Positions 13,001-24,609 of a DNA stretch of 64,000 bases are shown piece by piece. Position 1 is the first letter of the stretch. Each line of letters opens with the position of its first letter. Made by a program: the position numbers and the translations under genes. The DNA lies in NCBI GenBank assembly GCA_021613535.1, contig CP075495.1, positions 1,054,001 to 1,118,000 of the forward strand, read 5' to 3'. This DNA is from Adineta vaga (taxonomy: Eukaryota; Animalia; Rotifera). The notes below the pieces were generated by a model that ran no database searches, was not told where the DNA came from, and saw nothing but the letters and a program-made list of their open reading frames with translations.

Positions 13001-16000
13001 GTACTAAGTTTTGTTGTATGTGCCATACGTATAATCAATGGCCATAATTTTTCTCTCATTGTCCAAGAATATTTCGTTGGTAAAAAGTAAGATGTATTTC
13101 GAAGGAGAATATACAAACAACCCTAAGAAAAATAAAGATATTACTTTAATATTTGATAATAGCAAACTTTAATTTGATCATGATCAACTTCTTCATGTGT
13201 ATTGAATAATTGAACAAAACGATCAATAATTATTTCGAATGAAAATGAGTAATGAGTTAACATAAAAAAAAGATCCATTTGTGATTTAGAACGTATCTAA
13301 AATAGATTCAAATAGTTATGATATATTCACACCGAACTTGTTTCTATATTTACTTGACTATATCGATTAATCGAAAAATCAAACAATTTCAGTAGAATCT
13401 TTTCATCAATATCGGTTAATGGTCCAAAATTACTCAATTGAATTTCCTAAGAATATTTTTTTTGTTTAATTTGTGATTCGAAAGAAAGTAATTCTACTTT
13501 TAATCGTAAAGCCATATTTTCGATCATTAAACAACGAAGTTTTCGTCCTTCATTACAAAGTTTATTCTTTAATAATTTTTTACGCAAGAGAAAATCTTTT
13601 CTCCAAGTAGAAGTCGGTTCAAATATACCATAATAGAGTGATATAGACGTATATATCTACAATTAATATCATTTCAAATAAAAATCTATGTAGCGATACA
13701 AGAGAGAAAGAGAGAGAGAGACTCACTCGCAAAGCTGTTGTTATTGATAAAACATCATCTGAATGATTATTAAGCATTGTATCTATTGAAAAAAGTAAAT
13801 TTTCAATGCTAGACAAAGATAAAAAAATTCTACCAAGGAATTTGCCAATATCAATGAAAAGACGCATTCTTAAGTTTTCTTTCAAATCTAAAAACCAACC
13901 ATAAAATCGAAATACTTTCGCTACAAATCATCTTTTCTTACTCAATGTTCTTGGTTGAATTAAATTTTGCATTCGATATTTTGAATACATTCTGCAACAA
14001 GTTATAATATTTATTTCTATATTTCAAATCAATACTTACCGATCTGATACTATCGATGTATTATTGTCAATAGGTGGAATCATACGAAAGCAACCGATAA
14101 CAATCGATTGAATGAGAGTAACAGATTTTAATCGTTGATGATTTGATATTTTCTCATTTAATAAATTTAATTCAGGATAAAGAAATGTTTCGACAAAATC
14201 CGAAGCAAAACTAATTTCATCTTCATTAGGAATATGAAATTGAACATGAAGTTGATCATAATCAACATATTGTCCCCATAACTAAAGAATCAAACGTTCG
14301 AATATTACACTACTATATACTTTATAGAATAAATAACTTACTCGAATTGGTAAACAATCTACAAATGGTTCATCGAGATTTTCTCTTGTTAATCGAGAAT
14401 CAATGGGATAGATTTTAGTCAATGAGCCAAGTAAGTATTTTGCTGCATCAGCTACGATTCCATACGATTTTTTATTCATAATAGGAATACATTGATGAAA
14501 AACAGACATAATCATTGATCGATAAGAAAGTAAAGTATCACCACGTGCACGAACAAGTTCCATGAAAACATTTAAATACCAATTCAATTCAATATCTTCT
14601 TCATGATCGATAAGAAATCCAGTTGATTTTGTAGTTTTCCATATTTTTTCAATTGATTCACATGTTTTCGACATGAAATATTCCAAAGTTTCAATTGGAT
14701 TACCTTTCATCAATCCTCGTACTAAACTACAAACAAGACTTCGTACTTTAGGTGATAAGTACCAACCAATTGCAATTGTCAATATTTTCTCTCGAACTTT
14801 CTAAACATAAGAGAAATATCTATAAGATGAATATTAATTCATTTTGTCTATATATATACTTGATAGATTTTCTTACTACATTGTTGAACAATATTACAGA
14901 TGATTGATGTCATTTTTGACATTATATCTTTATCAAGTACATCAATATTTGTATTGATTTCCACTGCATCCGATATATCTGTTTGTAAAATTTCAATAAG
15001 ATGAGATATTCGATGAAATAATTCATCAATAAAATCATCAAATTGTCTTGTAGATAAACATACTTGTTTTTCAATCTAAATTTTCATTATTTATTTATCA
15101 ATTAAAAGTCATATTGAATGTTCATACCTCGGTTAAATCATTTCGAGTATTAATCGCTGATGAACAGTCAACACATGTAATCATCATTAGAATCGTATCG
15201 AGAAATTCAAAAGTAATAAAAGTTTTCTTCCAATCATTTAAATCAATACCAGGTAGAACGGACATTAATAATGGTAAAACATAGATTTGTCCTTGTGAAT
15301 AAGTTGTAGTTTGTTGAACAATTTGACGAGATATATGTGTTAAACATTTCATAATGGATGTAAAACGATGTGGTTCAGTTATACTATCAATTGAAGAGAA
15401 ATGTCTACAGAATTGATTTGTTAAATATAGAATGAAATCAAAGAAAAGAATATCCATCTCACTTTTCAACAATCATCGGAATGATTAATTCTGGACGGAG
15501 TAACGAAAGATATTGACACGATTCAACTCCTTTTTCAGCATAATCTTTATTAAAAATGGAAATAAATGCATAATCTTTAACACAATGAACAAATTCAATG
15601 ATATCTTGTTCAGTAAGTCGATGGGATTGTAATGGCGCAAAATTCCACATAGATTCAGCTTTTCTTTCACTACAAAATATTTCATACTTTTCAATGTTGT
15701 CATATTCTTCATATATACTTACAGATGTATACGATCGACAAAATATTTAGTTAGATAGAAGACAAATTCAACAAGATACTTTTGAAATGTTCCCGTATTT
15801 GATGGGTGATAAAAACTTCGGATACTAATGAATAAATCTCGTAAGTATTGAAGACATGCACTTTCATTACCAATCATAGCAACAATCCATTTGGCTGAAT
15901 CGGATTGAAAGTAGGGAAATCTTTGTGAAGACATTTGCATTTTACCACATGGAAGTGAAAAACCTCTCAAAATACGAGTAAAAATCTATAACAATCAAAA

Positions 16001-17001
16001 GAAATCTTCACATATGAAACCATTCATTAACATACTTGAAGTAACCAAGGTTCCCAATTAATATAACCAATATTATTCCAAGCTACGGATGAAAATAGTT
16101 CGATCAAACGCTAAATAAAACCATTGATAATAATAAATATAATTGAGAAGAGAAACATACCGATTCCCATCCTGCTCGATTGGAGATAGTGTCCCAAATG
16201 GTAAAAAATTCCGATAACCATAATCTAAAGTCATACATAATTACAAAAAAAGGGAAAGGTGACGGAAGCAAACTTGAATCCTTGCTGATGTAAATCGGAT
16301 GGGAGATTCGTTGGAAGAAACATTGTAAACATTTTAACCGTGTCGTACATGTCGATAGTGAGAGGACATATCTGTGGACGTAATAGATCAAGAATTTCTT
16401 GGGTAGCTGTTGCTGAAAAGTACGGTGAACAATTTCGTAAACAAAGAATCATTGAGACATCAATATTTCTTCAATAGAAATAAGAAGTTAAGTTTTTTGA
16501 AGAAATTTTACAAACTTCGGCAAAATAGTCACTGCATGAATTTTCTTTTTGTTGGTAAAAATTACTTGAGCCCAATGATATAAAATTCGCCAATCGATTA
16601 TTAAATCATCTCGCGTAATTAGTCGAGTTTTTCTGTAAGAGATTTTCTTTAAATATTTTTTTAACAATAAAATAAATAACAAACCGTAGAAGATCACCAA
16701 GTACATCAAAACATGTATCTATATATCGATAATTCAGATCAGTAATAGAAAGAATAGATAGATAGAAATGAATGAGTTTGAGATGATCAGTTTTAGTAAA
16801 ATTGAATCCATATAGTGAAATAAATTGCTGCAAATTTTTTGACCAAACAGAAAAACCAGGTTCAAATTCACCTGATTGAATTGTTCGTGATAAATTTTCA
16901 CGAATTTCTTCGAATAGGAGAAAACTTTGTTGTTGAATTGTTTCATAAAATGGTGAATATCGATTATAAATATTCGACTTTTGCATATTTCTATCGGACA
17001 T
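10076..17001 (-). CDS. PSME4: Proteasome activator complex subunit 4 (PA200/Blm10), multi-exon
   Basis: Exon translations include [81 protein letters not shown] and [11 protein letters not shown], with the C-terminal HbYX motif ISHNYYA*. Not every splice junction was checked. Confidence 0.92.
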
Positions 17002-18527
17002 CTTACAAGTATCTACAGAAAAGTTACAATGAAGTAAAAAATAAAATAAAACTTTTTTCTTTTTCTTCTTAAAGATCGAAATCGCCGAAATTAAATGTAA
17101 ATATTTGCAATTACTTATTTTTATATTACTGTTGCACATGTTTGTTACTTGAAAATTTCCATCGAAAAATAGTGGCATATTATGCGAGCGATATTGTTTT
17201 TTTTTCTTTTCGAATGTCAACAACGAAATATATATAATAGAAAAAACCCCAAATTTGTGAATAATTATTGAGACGTAAATTCGATGAAAACCAGTCACTT
17301 CGACGTTATTGAGAATCAACTTGTTAGAATAGAGTAGGAGAAACAATGTGATTATATTTTTACATAACATATCGTACTGAAATACTTTCAAGCAAAAAAG
17401 AATGTAATGCAATGATTCAAAAACATTTATATTCTTGTTTTGTTCTTCTAATCTTTTATTCTTTTCTCATTCTGACGAAACAGCATGTCAGTGATATTTA
17501 TTTTGTTCTCTTTCTGCTAATAAGTTTTGAAGATAAACGCACATTTCTGCATCTATTAAACCCACCGACAAATGAGAAGTTTTTGCAATTTTGTTTTAAA
17601 TTCAGCTAGTATTCCACAACAAACAAATGGAAAAAACACCGAGACATTCACGACCTAAACGAGTTTTTTGACGCAAAACATGTACATAAGGGACTACGCT
17701 AAAGATAGTAATGGTACTTGATGAACGCATCTTGAAAGCAAGGATGGGTGTGGATATTTCAATACTAATGCTCTCACAGCACACCTACATTCGTCCGATT
17801 CGAACTCCCCATCCACCCGATTGGCTTTTCGTCAAGCTTTTTCTAACAATATTAAAAATCTTTATATTCTGAGCTGTCCGAGTGTTGGTTAATATATTGG
17901 TTACAATTGCAATAACACATTCTGATGACGTTTCAAAAGACACGTTATTCATAGTAATCATTTATATATATATTCGTTCTCTTTCTTTCTGTTTGGATTT
18001 TTCCATTATATATGTCTCTTCGTTTCTTTTATGATATGACGACATGTATTTTTCCAATTGTATTGTGAAATTTCTATACTATATCTCATTCTGCTCTTAT
18101 CCAAATAAACTGTATAAAGCAAAACTATATTTTGTGAGAGTCAACACATATCTTAGGTAAGTTTCAATGAATTTTTAGGTTGTATGTGTCTATGTACACA
18201 TCTATTCATGGTTGATTATAAACATATGTGTATATCAATGTAGATTCTCTCTTACAAAAGTGAATAATAATTACATAACTACACAGTTTTATGTTGATAT
18301 GAACTGTTTGATTTCGATGATGTATATGAAGAAATTTCTCATGTTAGCCAATAGATAAGATTTTGTGAAAATTTGAATATTAATAACACATCTATTTACT
18401 ATACGAAAAAAAGAATAGAAAAATACAGGATTCGTTTTCTTTTCAGATTCAAATAGTTATTATATAACAATATCATTCCTGATTACTGTGTGTACATCGA
18501 ATTTCATTATTAATCAATTCAAAAGTA

Positions 18528-21124
18528 ATGGCATGGCACTGTTCTCAATGTCTTATCTAAATTCATCTGATGTCGAGATATGTGAAACATGCGAACAAGG
18601 ATCACGACCAACTACAATGAATACTTCTCAAGATAATTTTATAGAGTGGAAATGTCCTTGGTGTACTTATCTAAACCTATCTGTTCTCGAAATATGTGAG
18701 ATGTGCCAGCAAGGGTCACGACCAACAACAATAAATACTTCTCAAGACAGTCTTTTACAATGGGAATGTCCTCTGTGTACTTCTTTAAATCTAACTGATG
18801 TCGAGATATGTGAAACATGCGAACAAGGATCACGATCAACTACAATAAATACTTCTCAAGATGATCTTACAGATAAAGAATATGATACCGAAGATGAATC
18901 AAGTGAGCAAATCAATAATCAAGGTAAAACTTGGATGTGATGGATTAATCTGTTTATTTTCTAAATTCTTTTCTTTTTCATCTATTCATATTTTAATTTA
19001 TACTTAGATGTATCTAACAAGAGAAAGGATATGTATGTTCGAAATGATGGTCAACTATTATATAATGAACAAGCATCTGATGAACGAAAGAGATCAATTG
19101 CTAGAAGAAAAGCATTAGATTTGCGTGAATTACTTAAAAATTCTAAGTATCAAACCAATAAAAAGAATGATACATCAATGGCCTCTTCTTCCAATTGTTC
19201 AGGTAATTCATATTATTTTGAATCTACTATGATTAATTAGTAACAATTAGGAGGTCGATGTCGTGCCGTATTCACTAGTACAAAAGTCGATCCATCATCA
19301 GAATTCAAAACAAACATTATGAAAACATCTGCCGTCGGTGCATCAGCAACTACGTTTGCATCAACGTCCAAAGGACATGCAAATACTCTTAATGCTCATG
19401 CAAAAGGTGCCAATGCTAGTGCATGTGCAACTGCAGATGGTCTTACAGTTTCTGCATTAAATGCAAATGCTTCTGGAGTCAATGCTTCTGCTTCAGCATC
19501 AGCAAATGCAGTACGTGTAAATACTTTAAATGCCAATGCAACAGGCGCAAATGTTTCTGTTAGTGCAACTGCTGATGGATTAAGTGTTGCTGCTGGAAAT
19601 ATTTCAGCAACTGGAGTAGATGTGGCTGCATCTGCTTCGGTATCAGCAGCAAAAGTTCAAGTAGGAAATGTTGATATCAATGGTGCAAGTGCTGGTGCAA
19701 GTTTGAAAGTCAATGGAACTGGTGTTAGTGCTGGAAATATTGCTATTGGTGGACCTAGTGCTGCTGCATCTGTTAGTGTAGATGGTTCATTATCATTTGG
19801 AAATATTAATATTGGTCTTCGACCATCGTTAGATATTGGATTTGGATTAAATATTGGTATTCCATTTTTAAGTGGTACAAAAATGGGATCACAAGGTAAT
19901 GGTGGTGGTAATAATGATCAACAGGGAGATGGACAAGACCAAAATGGTGGTATATTACAAAGAGCACAAGATGATTTATCATCGAAATTTCCAAACAAAC
20001 GAATATATGCAACACCTGTGGATGTTTCTATTCAACGAAATAGACACGGTGAAGCAATTGATCCACTTTTACCTGACAATGCAAATGGACAAGCTGATGT
20101 TAATAGTCCTGCTGTTAATGATGTTATTCAACGAGATAACGAACTTGTTGCAGAAAAAATGAAATTTGTTGGATTTAAGGGATGTCCACCACCAAGTACC
20201 AATACGAATTTATCTTCTGCTCCAACTTCCACTCCTGATCCAGCTTGGGAAGGAATGTACACATCTCCTAGTCCCGATGTTGCTGCTGGCTACGTAGGAA
20301 GTGACGATGGACGACATGTAGGAGAGATTAAACGTGTTTACGTACCTGAAGATGCTGGAGATCTGTACTATACTAAAACAGGATTGGAGACACCTGAAGC
20401 TAGAATAGCTGTCCAAAAAGTAAAAGAACATTCTGATGGTAAATATCTGTTCAGTGGTCCTCAAGATTCCAAGAATCCTGATTTGTTTTCACCTGAAGTT
20501 GTTATCTCACCTTCTGTACGTGATCAAGCAAAAGGTAATGGAAATTTAAAATTTGAAGCTTCAGCACATGTAGTCGATCGTGGGTCACGTCGTATCAATG
20601 AATATCATCAAGGTGAACTTGAACATTCAAAAATGATTCCAGATTATTTAGTCAATATTAAGACTGCAGCTGATTGTACAAAATCTGGTGGTCGTGAAAG
20701 ACTTGCTCATGTTTTTCAAGGTGAATCATCATCCGGATCGTACAGTAATCCAACACCAGAACCCAGTGTTCAATCGAAACCATCAGAAATGAGTGAAGAA
20801 GATAAATTATTATTAGAAGAATGTGCGAAATTAGACGTCGATATAGAACCTGATCAATTGAATCATTGGAAAAAAAAGTTGAAGAGTGATGCAGAATATG
20901 AACGTGATGAAGATTTAAGTACAAATGGAAATACTAATATGAATAATAGTCATCAAAATGAAACTTCTAAAACAAAAGATGATGAAGAACTAGTCAACGA
21001 ACCACCACAACCATGTAAAAATCATCCAGTTAATGTTCGTTGTATGAAATGTATGCAAGGCTCATCTGGTCCTAGAATTCGTCAAGTTCGCAATAATATC
21101 CATGGTTTCAATTTTAAAAATTAG
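18528..21124 (+). CDS. NZF/RanBP2 zinc finger x3 + Ala-rich 23-aa repeats + exotoxin A/diphtheria-toxin-like ADP-ribosyltransferase domain
   Basis: Exons 18528/18533-18923, 19008-19202 and 19251-21124 join in frame through GT-AG introns. Fingers follow W-x-C-x2-C-x3-N-x6-C-x2-C. ART motifs are FVGFKG, WEGMY...AAGY, RVYVP and SGP...EVVI. Finger 1 has an apparent 1-nt deletion. Confidence 0.8.
18534..18860 (+). repeat. Three tandem ~114-nt repeats, each encoding an NZF finger plus a QGSRPTTxNTSQD linker
   Basis: Near-identical blocks 'gatgtcgagatatgtgaaacatgcgaacaaggatcacga' (copies 1 and 3) and 'aatacttctcaaga' (all three copies). Confidence 0.85.
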
Positions 21125-22011
21125 AACTAAACATCTTTTTGTTTTTTTGGTTTAATGTCAGATATCGAATAAAATTTGCTACGCTAAGCATCTTGAAGAT
21201 GATAGAGTGATTTTATAGTACGATAGTTTTCTTTCATTTTCGAAGGCACTGTAAAGTAGCTATGCATGTAAACTTACCTTTCAAGAGGGTGAGGATATAT
21301 CTTCTTCACTCACATCTACATCCTCTGTCAAGTTGAGCCGCCACTAATGAAAATAATAAATATCAACTATTCTGTTGTCAATAAGTTTAGACTTGTTCCA
21401 GGATGAATTTTTGAATTAGTGAAAATTCGATTTATAATGTGGCTGTAAATAGTTCCGGAACTGTACTTGTCATAAAAGAATGAATGAGACAGATAAACTA
21501 ATTAAGAATCATCTTTTTTCAAGAAATTGTTTTTTCCGTTGAATAACATTTTCTTTTCATAATCTGACTATGTCTATCAAAACACATTATAATGAGAAGA
21601 AAGGACTCAGTTGATAGAGTATTTTAATTAAAATTCAAGGTCAACATAAAATAACCTATTTGAAAATGAGAACAACTAATAGGAATACGGTAGATTGACA
21701 TTCTTCTTCTAGAGCTGAAATATTACAATTTTTTTTCTATTGGTTCTAGGTGACGTACTGTAAATGAAGTTTCTTTGAGCTATTCTGACATTATCCTAAA
21801 ATAACTGCTGTTGTAAGATATAAAGATTTTCATTAACAATATATTGAATAATAATATTGATCTATATTACGCCTAAAAGTTTTCTTTTTTCATTTTCTTC
21901 TATATTTATATTATATAGCCAGGAGCATGAAAGAAGATAAAAATAAACTTTAGTAAAACTAAATGATTTTGTGTACTTTTTCATTTCATAGATTAAATAT
22001 AGAATATCATC

Positions 22012-22925
22012 ATGTCTACAGAAATATCTCATCTAACCTTATCATTACGATTAGCAGGAAAATATATATTTCAATTTGGTGGTTTAAGTTTACTTATCTT
22101 CGGTAATATAGGATGTATATTGAATATAATGGTATTTATACAAAATTCTTTACGTAAAAATCCATGTGCTGTTTATTTAATTGCTACAAATATCTTTGAT
22201 TTTTTCTTTATTAATTCATTATTATTATCAATAATATTCGAAGCTGGTTATAATATTTATTTGCCAATGTTTTAAGTACATATTGTTTAATATTAGCGTC
22301 GATTGATCGTGTTTTAGTTACTTCTTCGAATGTTAGAATTCGACAAAGAAGTAATCTTCGTTTTAGTTATATTTGTATCATTTCAGGAACAATATTTTGG
22401 TTGTTATTTCATAGTCCTGCATGGTTTTATACAACTATTACACAAACTGATGAAAATAACTTCATATCTTTCTATCAAATTGGTCCTTATCTTATATTTA
22501 TAAGTTTTTATTCAATTGTTAAAGAAAGTTCATCGATTCTTTTGTTAATAGGACTTGGTTTATGGGCTATAAAGAATATTCGACGTTTACATCGTGTAAC
22601 AATTCCAACTGTTTCATTACAAAGTGGAATAAGTCGAATAAATACAACATATAAAATTAATTCAAAAGATCAACAATTTGTTAAAATGGTTCTTATTGAT
22701 ATTATTATTTTTTCAATTTGTAGTGCTGTACCAGCAATGTTTTTAACTCATTAACAAATAACACAATATCAAATGAAATCTGCTGAACAAATACAAATTG
22801 ATGTTTTTCTTAAAGAAGTTACCGTATTTTGTCTTCATATACCTTTTTCTATTCGTTGTTATACGAATTTAATGGTTTCGAAAGCCTATAGAAATGCAAT
22901 GAAAAATGTTTTTCTACATAACTAA
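22012..22925 (+). pseudogene. Rhodopsin-like GPCR pseudogene
   Basis: TM1-2 (GNIGCILN..VF...LRKNPC) is followed by a deletion/frameshift at ~22260. It resumes as LILASIDR, has an in-frame TAA at 22752-22754, and TM7 continues to 22925. Confidence 0.8.
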
Positions 22926-23710
22926 AAGCGTTGTTGTTGTATGATTTGTTATATATATTGTATTTATAAAATTAAAAGCTAATGAAATTTAATGATGAAA
23001 TAGATTTTTCTACTTGAGGTCTATCAAAATCTGCTATATATTAATTAGGTTAATTGTCGAATTTAATCGACTATGAAATGATCGAAGCAATAATGCGATT
23101 TTGCTCTAAAATTTTCTATAACAATAGAGAAAGTTCAAGAAGTTTTTTCATACTAAGAATAGGAGAACTGCTCGGATATAATTGATGATCGCACTATATC
23201 GATTAGGTATGTTTTAAATTTGAATTTTCTTTTTAAATAAAAGTCAAGTTATAATATTAGTATGAAAGAGAATGAACAGAACTGCGACGGAGATTCAACT
23301 GTACTTAATTAGTTAACATAATACTTTTTATTACTTTTTTAATATTACATCAAAAAATTAATATATAAATACATAATATAATAGACGGTAAAACTAATGT
23401 ACACGTGCTGTGGGTTTTTAGTCACGTGACAAACCAACATTCATATCATTATCAAGATCCAATGCATTCTAGTATCTTCCTCTTAGAAGACTTATTTCTA
23501 TCGGAGAGATGTATCGTGTGATAATTGAGATAAGATTAATTTCTTTTTCTGAGAGAAAAAAATAAGACAGTGCGATTTCTTTTACAATGAACGGAATGTG
23601 TAAGCGTATTAGTATAAAATACATCTGTTTTTGTGTTGGAATTTAGCTATCTGATTGATTAGAACTAGGGGGAAAATAGTTAATTGTCATGAATGTTCAA
23701 TTAAATAGAA

Positions 23711-24609
23711 TTAACCAACGAGTTTTGGAGTCGGCGTAACAGTGGTTACTGGAAGTGCTGAAGTTGTTGGAATAGGAATTTCTAGAAAAAGAATAATTCG
23801 ATTTTGTATTTCTATATATTCAATGATTAACTTACCTATATAACTAATTGTGATAGTGAATGTAACTGAAAATGGACCTCGTAAAATTCCATATATATCA
23901 ATAATCCATATACGAACAGCAATAGTAATTCTTGTGATTGTTTTAAGAAATCCTTGTCTACCACATCTAGGACAAACTTTGATATTAAAATTGAATGTGC
24001 AAAACAATTTCGTTGTAGCACGACGTTGTCGTTTACGAGTTCTAAACAAAAATATAATTTCAACTTTAAAGTTTATCTTAATCATTCGACTACGTACAAT
24101 GCTCGTCGTTTACGTTTCTTACTTCCAGCTGCAACTGTAGCAGTAATGATATTAACTGAACCTTTCTGTAAGTTTAAAGTCGTATCCAACTAAAAACAAA
24201 AAATATATGCTTATAAAATTCGAATGAATTTTCAATTTACCGCATCATTAAGATTCTTTATGGATTGAGCATCTAATGTACCTTCAGGTAATGTTTCGCC
24301 TGGTTCCATCGTTGCATAATACGTTGGCGAACGTCCCACTAAATATAATCAAATTAAATTTAAATTCTGATCAAAGAAGTTTTCTTCATACCTGATGGAG
24401 CATCTTTTGTTTCTAGATAAAGAGGTATTAAAGCAAGAACAATAGTTGCTGCGATGATGAAAAAAATAAAAAAAAGACCACATATAGCCAAGATTGGAGC
24501 ATTTGCAATAAAGATATTTCTATTGAACAAAAATAAATGAAAGAAATATAGAGATTCTTTTCACTTACCGACGAGATGTACCAGTTGATGAGGGTGGTGG
24601 CGAATACAT
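23711..24609 (-). CDS. Small type II membrane protein with an RKRR furin-like site and a cationic Cys-containing C-terminal region
   Basis: Short exons read MYSPPPSS / TM ...IAATIVLALIPLY / SPTYYATMEP..LPEGTL / ..KKRKRRA / RKRQRR..FCTFNFNIKVCPRCG. The exon pattern is conserved with its paralog at 26315-27233. Confidence 0.7.

Noticed and set aside
17002-17412. N-terminal 137 aa of ORF 16606-17412
   Set aside because: Translated AT-rich upstream DNA with poly-K from A-runs; PA200 similarity starts at MSDRNMQK (17001).
19319-19870. Ala-rich tract as an antifreeze protein, PE-PGRS or simple low complexity
   Set aside because: It lacks Thr-x-Thr or GGxGG periodicity and has a defined 23-aa N/G repeat instead, reported as a finding.
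20150-20560. Ordinary PARP catalytic domain
   Set aside because: No PARP signature (HGS/T...G.MFG.GIYFA...KS..Y); W.G.Y, RVYVP and GP..E match the ExoA/cholix group better.
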